From contig NW_018404823.1 of assembly GCF_002113885.1 (NCBI RefSeq), positions 1,050,911 to 1,114,910 of the forward strand: DNA of 64,000 nucleotides. Direction: 5' to 3'. This DNA comes from Mizuhopecten yessoensis (lineage: Eukaryota). Each line of letters opens with the position of its first letter. Within the stretch, counting starts at the first letter, position 1. Under the pieces are notes generated by a model, which was given only the letters and a program-made list of their open reading frames with translations, made no database searches and was not told the DNA's origin. The position numbers and the translations under genes were made by a program. Positions 52,811 through 64,000 of the stretch are shown one piece after another.

Positions 52811-54348
52811 ACAACATAGATTGTATACATAAGCTTTGTAGATAGGATTTTGGTTACTTATTGGATGTGGACGAGTATCTGGAGATACATTCAAAAATAT
52901 CTCTTAATGCTCTCCTTTCTTCCTGGTCATACAGTAATATGTTATTATTCGTAATTCTTCACGTATTGATTGATGCACATGCAGGTCTATTAAATAGTGA
53001 TAACAGCGTCCAACATGTGATATTAGACCCTGGTAGTGTCAGTGGATCCTAGATAGAGTTACGTTTATGTCAAGGTGTTTAGATTCTATATCGGGTAGTA
53101 TAAAAATATAATGTTAACATAATTGAAATACAAAGTCTTTAATTATCACGAATCAGGCATATGAAAATATTGTTTTATATGGCATTGCCTGTTATTTTCT
53201 AAACTATCAATTGCAATCTGTCGACTCACAGTTGAATATATTGACACCATGTACAATTATAGCAAGTACCTTAAATACTTGCATGTTTGGATTTTACTCA
53301 CGGATATATGTCGGCATACTTATTCGTTTTTGAGGAATACGAAGTGAACACAACGAAACCTAGCTTCGATATCCAAAAATAGGGTACCGATACGAATTTG
53401 TCACTGTAATGAAAACAAATCACAGCGAGGATACAGGCAGTTGTCTCAGGGATTTGGAAGAAACCTCCTTGATGACTCTTATCTTTACCATTAGAATGTA
53501 AAGTGTATCAAACAGATGGTTAATAAATATCATCCGATTTTATCCTCTGCTTAATATGTTGTGTACAGGCTACTAATGATTAGATTAACTGACAATGCAA
53601 TTTATTGGTCATCTATTGTTTCTGTTAGCAGGAAAATATTTTAACAACAACAACATGAAATATAATGTAATAAAATGTACATTTATTCATTTAAGAAAAT
53701 TGTCTTTGTTGCAACGACTCGCTTTGAAATATTCTTTTTGACAACTTACTTACATCACACTCGCTTACTCTCTGTATCTTTCTCTCTGTCTCTCTCTGTC
53801 TCTGTCTCTCTCAATATGTGATTTTGCTTTCCCTCAACTTTTTCTGCTTCCTTCTTCTCTATCAAAACATGAGTAATATTGACCTATTCGACGACAAGTA
53901 ATAAATAACCAGGAAAAGTATGTATGATGCATTATGAGTATGTCAAAATAAATAAAATAAAATATAGATGTAAATAATTGTGTACAAAAGAAATCCGAGC
54001 ATTGTTCAAACACGATTTGAGTAAATGTGTGTGTTTTACATATGTATACCCTAACATTACTAAATTTATCCCACAGCTAAAGCCGTTCTACGCTTCTGAT
54101 CTATAACACTCGACAGGATTATTAAGAAAGTAAAGTCTTTGTGGATCGATGATAAATTCTCCAGTGTGAGTACTGCTAGTCCTTGAGCTGAATAAGGTCA
54201 CCACATACACCTATGATATAAAACACCCGAATGATTTGGAAAATCTATCATATTCTGAGGGAAAATTTTCTTGTGGGAAATGTGATGGCTGAAGACTACG
54301 TTATGTTCACTGATTATGTTTTTTGTTTTAGCACTGTTCCTATGATTG

Positions 54349-54899
54349 TCATTGTACTGCGGAGTACGGTCTTCTCCCATCTGCTCTTTTCTTTATGCAA
54401 CAATATGCAAGGCCAGACAGAAGAAATAAGCCGGCTCCGAGTGCGATTCCACCACCAAAAGACGCGCCGCTAAAGCCACCCTTCGAAGCAGCCGGTGTTG
54501 GTGCCGGTGTTGGTGCCTTTGAGGTATGATGGGCTGGGGACGTCATATGGCTTGGCATCGTAGTCCCGTTAATGTCGCTGGGGGTGATAGTGACTGTTGT
54601 TCCATTGAAGTCTGGTATCATTGTTACTGGGGTCATTTCAGATGTACCATTGTGACTTGATGTGGTGTCATTGGCCATTGATGTTGTCATGCTTCCGTTT
54701 GCTGTCGTCATACTTTCGGTTGCGGTCGTCATATCTTTCGTTGCTGTCGTCATATCTCTTGTTGCTGTCGTCATATCTTTCGTTGCTGTCGTCATATCTC
54801 TTGTTGCTGTCGTCATATCTTTTGTTGCTGTCGTCATATCTTTTGTTGCCGTTGTCATACCTGCTGTTGCTGTAGTGGGCATTACAGTCGCTGTTGTTC
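54349..54899 (-). CDS. Gene C exon 3: CD164/TMEM123-like mucin with MTTAT(K/R)D repeats, TM and YSAV tail
   Basis: Acceptor cttcacatttag|GA; GGFSGASFGGGIALGAGLFLLSGLAYCCIKKRADGRRPYSAVQ*. Confidence 0.9.
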
Positions 54900-56578
54900 C
54901 TAAATGTGAAGAACAAATACAATATGCTTTTTGGATTCTATTTTGATTGACAGACTAATGCGAGAGAAGTGTTGCATCGGTGGACCTCTTGAAAGGACTA
55001 ATGTACTACTACAATACGTTGATATTTTTCCATAATGAACACGATATTTTGGTTATCGCTGTATTTCACGTTTTCCACTTATTTTAACACGGACCAATCA
55101 TTGGTACAATTCAGCTATATAGCTTTAAAACAAGCAGAGGTTAACTTCATTTTAAAGGGTCAGAGGATAAAAGTTTGCCGGTCAAAAATATCACAGGTTA
55201 CAATATTATACATAAGCCTTTTTGTCGATCTGAATAAGTACCAAGTAAGTTGGTGCAGTTGTTTTCTTTTCTATCTTACATAGGCACATCTAATACAGAG
55301 TAACGTAAACCGCCTTACACTGAATATATAAAGCTCATCAAAGCAAAACAAAAACTCGAGGATATGCTGTTAGATGAGGATATTTTGAAGACTAAGAGGC
55401 ATCTGAATTACACTCACACGGCTTCTCATATCTATAAAATAGTTTCAATGAGAAGTAATCTAATGTTCAGAAGTGCTTTAAGTATTACATATATAAATAA
55501 ATTATATGTCTACACCAAATTGTCAGGAAGGTGGCTGGCATGATTGGTATATGTAATATTATTATACGTGTAATTATGTTAGTATAATTTTTCATAACAT
55601 TAACTATCAAATAAAACTTAAAAGCAGTAATGTGTGGTAGCATACCCAAATATGGAAGTGTTAAACGAATAATGGTAGTAAAATAAAACACTATAGCATT
55701 ATATTTTAAGCACGGAATTATATAAAACTGTTGATGTTATGGAAGTAGTATTTGAATCAAAGTGACATTTTCTACACTTTTTACGTCCTTCAAATCGAAA
55801 AAAGTATTAGGCAAACAATTATCTAAGTTACGGTGAAGTATTCTTTAATCTTTGTAAACAATGAAATATTATAGCTGGAAATCAGCCCATGATTACCATC
55901 GTATCGTAAAATGTTTTAACGTAGAATGAATATCTTTTCATTACTCTATTGGTCAAAGATCACCGCATCTGTGCAGAAAAACATGATACTTCAAATAGGT
56001 CCTTGGATAGTACATCAACTTTGTAAGGCGTTAAAGCAGCATATAATCCATTTGTTTTCTCGTTTGCAATGTCATACGTAAAACTAAGCACCGGGCAAAT
56101 TAGATTAACATAGTATCATTAACTTATTGGACGTGTATTTTGTTTATTATATACATTTTTTAAAATAGAAACACATGCTTCCGAGATATTAATTTCAATT
56201 TCAACCAATTTGATTGACAAAGAAGAATGGTACACTATCAAAAGGATTGTACAACAGACTTATAGCCTATATAAATCCGATCCATTGGTGGAATACATAT
56301 GGACATATTTGTTTGATATTGCAATTTATTATAAATTATAAAGATTTTGCTTACTGTCAATTATTGATAATCAGAAAAGGGTATCATATTTGGCGTTAGA
56401 ACCTTATAGACAATTTGACCATAAAAAATAGATGTACAGTACTGTATATTTCTAGACCTTATGCATCTGGTGTAAAATAATATTTCATATATACATATAT
56501 ATACATTACTCCGAGACATTAATCTTTGTAGTAACATATTTAGCAGATAACATGCAGTATATCAAGCACCATACATAC

Positions 56579-56641
56579 CAGCTGTGGACATTACAGTTGA
56601 GCTCGCGGTTGTTGCATCAGCGGCATATTCTTCTACACCAA
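56579..56641 (-). CDS. Gene C exon 2 (VGVEEYAADATTASSTVMSTA)
   Basis: ccttttggcag|...|gtatgt, 63 nt, phase 1-1. Confidence 0.8.
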
Positions 56642-56979
56642 CTGCCAAAAGGAAAGACAAATTATACGCACCTGCATGATTGATTTACCTGTTTTATTAG
56701 AGATAGCACAACATTTTCACAGTTATATATTAACGTATATCACGCTATACCTAATAAAGATACACACATTTCATGTTTAACAAAAAGCTTTAGATTAATA
56801 TGTTCTTACTCCGGTAGGAAAATCGTAACGTTATATAATAATAATATCAAAAGATATTTATTGAACTTTGCTAAATAGTGGGAACATTTATGTATCAGTT
56901 ATTTTCAAATTTACTAACATGTAATACTTCATCATTAACTGCTAATTGGAAGAATTAATAGTAAAATATATCAACTTAC

Positions 56980-57064
56980 CACTTGAAGTAATAACCGCCC
57001 CCAGGGCATGTCCTGACAGGACGGCTACTAATAGAAATACTCCGAGAGACTTGTAACTATTCAT
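56980..57064 (-). CDS. Gene C exon 1: signal peptide MNSYKSLGVFLLVAVLSGHALGAVITSS
   Basis: 85 nt (same length as gene B exon 1), G|gtaagt donor; total ~232 aa. Confidence 0.85.
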
Positions 57065-57164
57065 GTTGCCTTGTACTTTAGTAAAGAAGTCGACTTAACT
57101 AAGCTCTTAATACTTTTGCTCACAAGAGATTGACCCTCACTGCGCAATCCGTCTGTTCAGCGGA

Positions 57165-57173
57165 GTTTAAATA
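57165..57173 (-). promoter_or_regulatory. Possible TATA-like box (TATTTAAA) for gene C
   Basis: Minus-strand CTATTTAAAC ~100 nt upstream of the ATG, in a relatively GC-rich stretch. Confidence 0.3.
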
Positions 57174-60100
57174 GACGACGTCGACAAAGACAAAATGAGG
57201 TTGTGAAATGTACCCGCGGTCATCGAGCAGTCATAGTCACGCGGCGGGTACACTGGTCATCACCTAGTCGGTCAAAATTACGATTACACTGCTCCAGATA
57301 ACTGTCAGCGCAATTTGCTGCAAATACTGACTGATAACGATTCATCTATCTGCATCTGTGAGGGGCTAGCGTCGGGAGAGCTCCCATTGTGTTATCATCG
57401 CTACACACATACGTTCAATATTTGCTATCTAGATATAGGTTGACCTGTTATATCGCGTCTGGTGTGTAATTGTATGGTACAGATTTTATTGCACTCATAA
57501 TCAGTATACGATATGATAGGACCTTATGGTATCGGGATTGGCATAATTGAATGTTCGAGCGATCGGTGCCATGACTAGTTGTAACCGGTCGCATACCACG
57601 CCTACTATTTTCGGTTTTCCATAGCTAAGTATAGTAACTTACGATTAAGCATGACCATATGAAATGAATATAAGTTGTGAATAGTAATGTGAATAGTATA
57701 TGCAACCTTTATTACAGTTTTATATCCGTATCCACATGAAACATAGAAATCCCTGCTATCTTGAATTATAATTTAAAGAAAATTACTATAATGTTGGTTT
57801 TTAAGATTCGTTTTTCCATGGAAAAATAATAGAAATATGTTACCCTGAAAAAATGTAAAAAGCATTGTTACAAAACGTCAGAGTTTAATAGCTTCATAAC
57901 TATGATTTAAGATAATCAAATCCATATTAATTAGTCGTAAGAGTTACGTTTGATTAAAGGATTTTGAAAGGAACGACCAGAATCAATGATTTATGAATAA
58001 TGTTTAAGGAATTAAAATGTGAATAATGAAATTTGTAGGTAGTTTTTTTAACAACTTACCTTTTTTCATAGGAAATAAAACAGGAATGACAGTAACAATG
58101 CTAATAAGAAAACAAAATACTCACCAACAGGTTATTGAGCAGTTGCCAGGAAAACTGTTTGATTATCAAGTTGTTTAATAATAACACTGATACATTTTGG
58201 AAAATATGATGTAATTTCAAAATAGTAATCAAATCTTTCGAAGGTCAGTACTTTTGGATACCATCAAAATATTATTTTATGACATTTTGTATACGGAATT
58301 TTCGCTCACTCTTCGCCTGTGACATATAAGTTCGCCTATGTTATTTTCGCCTTTCATATTTAAATACTATATAAATTATATTGTTGACAAAGGTTGGCTA
58401 TAATGATAATTTCAACCCCATTCAGAGGGCGAAAAAGGCGAAAATTAAGCTGCAGTAAAAAAATCCCGGTGTACACTATCATATCTATAACAAAGACAAT
58501 GCATCATATATCATAGAACAAACGTTCTTTTTGAAACAGATTTGTATTTGGATTTCAGCGCAAAATAAAAAAACAATTTGTGGAGGCGACATAGAGACAA
58601 CAGAGATAGTGGTGGATATAATTTGGCAATCTGAATGGCAGTAACTTGACAGTGGAACAAACGGGTAAGTGTTGGCTACATTGTCGGACAACTGGACTAG
58701 AGGGGAAAACAGAAGCGTTTACCTATCTATCTGTATGTTACGTTGGTATTATTAATAAAATATCATTCACAGTCAGTTAATAAGGGGGAAACGCAAATAT
58801 TTCAATCTTGAATGAGATTTTTGTCTTGGTGTTACATGCTATATTTTTGTTGACCTATTCTAATATGTATAATTCGAATACCCAAAAGCAGTGTGTCTGT
58901 ACCAAGACTAGAAGTGTTTTTACTTAAATGTAAAGACAATATCAGCTAAAGTCTGATTGGCTTAAAGGGTCATCATCGTGTACGTGTAGTATTCTTTTTA
59001 AAGTATTATAACTTATAACTAAGTAGAATTTATGATAATGTAATTCAACCTCCTTACCTATGAGAACTGTAAACCAATTTCTAACAATAGTATCATTTTG
59101 TTATTAAGCTAATAATACAGGCTTTTAATAATCGAGTCATATCTGGTAATATCGCTGTACCAGGGTATGTATTACATGTACTTATGATAGATAACAGCGT
59201 GGCATTGAGACGTCTCCATCCGCCGCTTTATCGTCATCAGCCTCAGTTTTATCTAATTTCTCATGGCGTTCAAGTGTTTCCTTGAATAGTGTTACGTTAA
59301 GGACGTTTCCTGAAAATCATTTCACTCATTTTTGCTAACGACATGAAATGCGTGTCAATAATAGCTTCTAGTTGGAATATTGCGATTAAGAAAAAAACCT
59401 TGATATATGATGACCACCGCCCATGTTAATGGGTGGCATGGGTGGCACCACATATTGTCCTGCATGGGCAAGTATTCATGAAACCGTTTTCATGCTCAAG
59501 CATGGATTCTGTGTACCACCAATTTCCTTGTAAATGGTTCAAATGATGTGACGGAGTAATAAAATATATGTAGATATTTGCCGTGATATCGGGCTCGACG
59601 TCTCTTAAAAATTCATACAAATCATAGACCAAATATGAAGTGTTATTCGTTAATCACCGGAACAAGCACAGAATCTGAGTTTGAGCACGAGAACAGTTTC
59701 ATGAATACAGATCATAAATTGCTTTTTAATTTCACATGTTAATCGTAAAGTAAGAAGTTAAATACACTGCTATGCAAACACCCAGTGCTGGACCATTATT
59801 TTATACGTCATGTCTTTTGTATGATTTAATTGTATAATAGGCCTAACCTAACAGACACGAGTAACTCGTCAAAACTGATAAACAGTGTATCCGAGTTTGT
59901 CTAGTCATATTTATGACTATCTAAAACGGACTGGATACTGAATCGGCCGGATTAGTGTGGTTCTACTTTTCCTTTAAAAAGAAAAGGTGAAACCTGTCTC
60001 CAAAAGCACTCGCTTCATATCTGGATAGCCGGATGGTGTATAGATTAACGACCCTTGACATTTTCACATATATGTGAACTGATACTTTAAAGTCAAGTAG

Positions 60101-60567
60101 AAATTACTCATGTTTCATATTGTACGCTTTAAAAAGAATCCCAAGGCAGCAGACTGTGTTCATGGTAGAATACTCATGCAATACATTATATAAGGAAAGC
60201 AGTGGAAGCATATATCTTGATCAAAGGCTGTACTCATAGTTTTATAAGATAACTTTTAGTGTCAAAAGTAATGTTCAATAAAACTGGTTTTGATATATGT
60301 CAATTGACACTTTCAAACAGATGCTACTCTGACTTTTTATAAATAAAAACGTATTTGTATAGTTCCTGCCTCCGTAGAGTGTGTTTATTCATGAACCACG
60401 CCATTACTCAAAATGTAACTGTGGCCCTCAAGGTTTTAGCAAACCTCGGGAACTAATCAGAGTCCACCACCTTTCATGTTGAACGATGAACTTAACACAC
60501 GCACAGGTGATTTCACCTTTAGAATTTGATAAAAGATACAATATGCCAAAAATGAATTACACTGCCT

Positions 60568-60757
60568 TATTCCGTCTTTGCGTATTGCAGAGGTATCTTC
60601 TCTTGGGAGCAGGTATTGATTGTTACGTCACTTGTTTGTGAGAGTAACGTCATCAATTTTTGAGAAAACGACATAATTTTCTCGCACAAACCAATGACGT
60701 AACAATCAATACCCGCTCCCAAGAGAAGTTAACTCTGCAATACGCAAAGACGGAATA
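60568..60757. mobile_element. ttccgtc MITE, copy 5
   Basis: Same long TIRs, TA flanks. Confidence 0.9.
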
Positions 60758-62066
60758 CATCTGTTTCCTCCTTCCAGGTCCCTTCGGTGATGCTAGGGGC
60801 CCAAAAGATGGAAATCCTAATTGTCATTATAAAAGAATAATGAATTGACTTAAAGCTGGAATAAAACGTTAAAGATGACCAGGGGCAGCCAATGTATGTC
60901 CCTGGCATAGTCGGTATGCGCTACGTTGAGAATTTAGCAGATATGGTTATATTACAAATTGCATCTAGGTTTTTTACTGTGCCTTTGGTTAGGCAATGGG
61001 GTGAAATATACGTGTCACAGAGAATTAGGCCTAACGCGTGTAGTGCAGACGTCGAGCTGGCTTTATCTGGTAACGATGACCTCGTGGAATAACTAAGTTG
61101 TAACCGAGGATATAGTATATGTGCTTTATGGGAGTGTTGTATTAATTATAGATCACGGAATGAAATTGTGACGTCATTACTTATATCTTATAACAATGAC
61201 CTTCACTTCTGTCTCATTCATTATTGCCTGCAAGAAAAATAACGATTTAACCAACATTGTGTAATAAGTGGAAGAATTTGTGGGACAAAATGTTTTCCGT
61301 ATTCAGCATTGTTTGCAGCCTACTCAGATCTCAGCAAAAAAACACATAAAAAAGTTATGCATGTACTTTGACGCAAATCATACATGTGGCCGAGAACGGT
61401 CTAGACAGCCAAAAGATCAAGGTCACGATCATGTGTTGGTTCAATTATATTAATTCATAGAGAGCAATACATAGTACAATCAGTGCAAGGTCTCATTGGC
61501 TGATGGAGATAGATGTGTAGGTCAAGATCAGATAAGTATCCTTGTGTGCTTTTATTACATTTAGGAATGTAGAAAGATCAGCGGATGTCTATTTACGGAG
61601 AAACAGAATAGCATGATGCATACAAGATGCCTTATCGGTAAGCCATTTCCCTACAAGTTAAAAGCAACATTGCCTTGTTTTAGAAGATTAACTAGCATAA
61701 AGAAAAGCAAGCGCATTTTTGAAACAGTATTTTTACCCAAATGTTATAAAATATTTATATAATATACATATTTGGAGAGAAATAAAAATAATGATATTTG
61801 GGCAAATAGTCCGTATGATCAAAATGTTAGTCACTTCGATTAGAGGCAGCATACCGAGTGTTGACGTTTATCTGGTCTTGATTGTGTAGATAACTTTGGT
61901 ATTGGCATACATGTATATATTAAATGGATTCTGCGATGTTAATTATAAAGAGGGTGGGTTGGCGTTTTTCTGTGTCTTTTGATCATAGGTATCTCACGCT
62001 TACCCCTCGTCAGAATAAAGGCAATTTGACCGGCCCGAGCCGAGTGGCATGCTACCACGTCCTACT

Positions 62067-62238
62067 TATGACATTTCAGTAAGATAGCACTGTAAAGTAG
62101 ACCGTCCTGAGTGTGCGGCACTATGATCCGTTGACATTGTTTCTATATGACATTTCAGTAAGATAGCACTGTAAACCAGACCGTCCTGAGTGTGCGGCAC
62201 TAACATCCGTAGACATTGTTTCTATATGACATTTCAGT
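62067..62238. repeat. 79-bp tandem duplication (2 copies + partial)
   Basis: tatgacatttcagt starts at 62067, 62146 and 62225. Confidence 0.85.
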
Positions 62239-64000
62239 TACAATAAATATTTATGCCATGATTAACAATTAAAGTCGTGAGCAAATGTAACAGAGTTACA
62301 TTAGAGTATTCAAACAATGTATAAATTCCCGAGCTCCCACAATAGGTTGTTAGGATCTCTAACCCCCACGATCATTCCATCCTCTAGCTAGGTCCCTATA
62401 GCCGGTACATGTGGACCTGAATCATATTACATTTAGATAAAGGCATATTTTAAATGTACATGTTGGGGTAGTGGTAGCCAAGGCCAAGGCTAGTGTGTCT
62501 GACTGGCCATGTACAGTACAGCGCTGACGTTACATAGTAACCTTGACTGAGATTTTATTTAAAAAGGTTTAGTATGGTTATCTATAGACAGAAAATAAAA
62601 GGGCATTAGCCTTGACGTGGAGTTAACGCTAGAGTGGTACTTGACGTTTTTACACATGTATTACACACAGACACCCATATATTTTCAAGCTAGCAGTATA
62701 CATGTAGTTATAACTGTATGTAATTGGAACTTTTTCATATAAAACAGACATATCAAGGCCAATATCAAAATTACCTTTAACCATAGTCAGGCTGATACAA
62801 GTGGTGCTTTACGTGGATTATTGTTTTAAAATATTTGCAAATGTCTCAAATGATTTTTTTATGCTTTATTCATCAGTGCATTAGGCATATACACCATTAC
62901 ACTTTTCGGTAGCATTTGTTGAACATTCAAATTTCAATCAGGAAATAATTAAATAGTATTTATGCTCGGATACGAATGGAAAACTGATTTGTTGATAGTA
63001 TTGTGCTGTAAAATAAAACGATAATGAGTTTATATAATCTGAACAAAATTTCCTTATTACTGCGTGCAGTTATCAATGTGTAGGGAAATGGTACCTTTGG
63101 ATCTTATTTACATGTATACTGAAACATCAGTTACTTTTAGTAAAACAAAGTCAACATCATATAGTCTTAATTGTAATTTACTTTGAACAATCGAAGTTTA
63201 AATAACTTACTTAAACTTCGATTGTGGTAAATTACAATCGTTACTGTAAGTTCATGTTTTTGTATATGGTGTGACTGACTGCACTGTAATTTTATCAGCA
63301 AAATAAAATATATAGATTCGAAATGAAACGTGTTTTAATTAGTGCTGTCAATATTTACAGCTTAATTAGGGGGTAACCCTACTGTATTTGAGATTTGTGC
63401 CAGTATATTACGATTAAACCCACACATTATTTATTTTTGGCTAATTAAATGCTGTGTTATATCTCAAATGAATAACTGCTCAATACACTGATGAAGTCTC
63501 TTAAGGTAACAATCCCACAAAGTCATCTATAAAATCTTCAAAAATGCTTCTAAAAGCTTAGACATTAATAAAAGACGCTACATTTAATAGTTTTGTATAA
63601 ATGGTTTTTTTTTATTATCAAATGATATTTACAAAAAATATATGATATACACATTATGTACAAATTCATGTATAGACAGCAGATACTTATTTAGACACTG
63701 ACTTTTTTCTGAAATATTTCAGCTTCCATTTATGCTCTCTACAATGAGTTTTTTGGGTGTTTTTTTCCAAAACACATTGCAGATACAGTGTTGGGTTTCT
63801 TTTCCTTTTTTTTTTTTATAGAATTTCACTGATTTAATAGAGCAAGATGGAAATTTAACTGTTGGAAACACACATCTTGTTTTGCCTTGCCTATCCTGAA
63901 ATGTAAATTTTTGCTTCATGTGCGTCGTTTATACATTGATTTACCATCCGGAGTAAATCTTTTTTGCCTCCTGAAATTGCTCACATGATCTTCCTTTGTA

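Noticed and set aside
54621-54946. Overlapping ORFs on other frames and strands (LLSSY, VVISF and RYDDSNK repeats; likewise 3849-4179 and 34385-34591)
   Set aside because: Shadow frames of the mucin coding repeats.
57500-64000. Search for further genes at the right end (and in 1-3800)
   Set aside because: No supportable exons. 1-3800 is probably gene A 3' UTR or intergenic; the right end is intergenic with TE fragments.

Overview
AT-rich eukaryotic genomic DNA with GT-AG introns. The repeat families and cGLR style suggest a bivalve mollusc (inference). The minus strand carries a tandem cluster of three CD164/endolyn-TMEM123 (porimin)-family type-I membrane sialomucins, reconstructed by hand from splice sites. 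Gene A (29769-3806, 12 coding exons, ~287 aa) ends in the CD164 tail NYHTL and unusually has three tandem 8-Cys domains, built from a triplicated three-exon cassette. Gene B (36204-34168, 2 exons, ~163 aa) and gene C (57064-54349, 3 exons, ~232 aa) are mucin-only paralogues. Between B and C, on the plus strand, sit two long uninterrupted Mab-21/cGAS-like receptor (cGLR) ORFs with intact catalytic motifs (38727-40661, 45691-47655), plus a truncated third copy (43739) inside a local tandem duplication. Gene A introns hold three minisatellite arrays whose units each contain a 5' splice-donor-like site; two are copies of the adjacent exon's real 3' end plus donor. The rest is non-autonomous TE debris: palindromic MITEs, Helentron-like elements with internal satellites, Kolobok-like elements, SINEs and an L2-type LINE 3' end. 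Most short ORFs in the supplied track are spurious.
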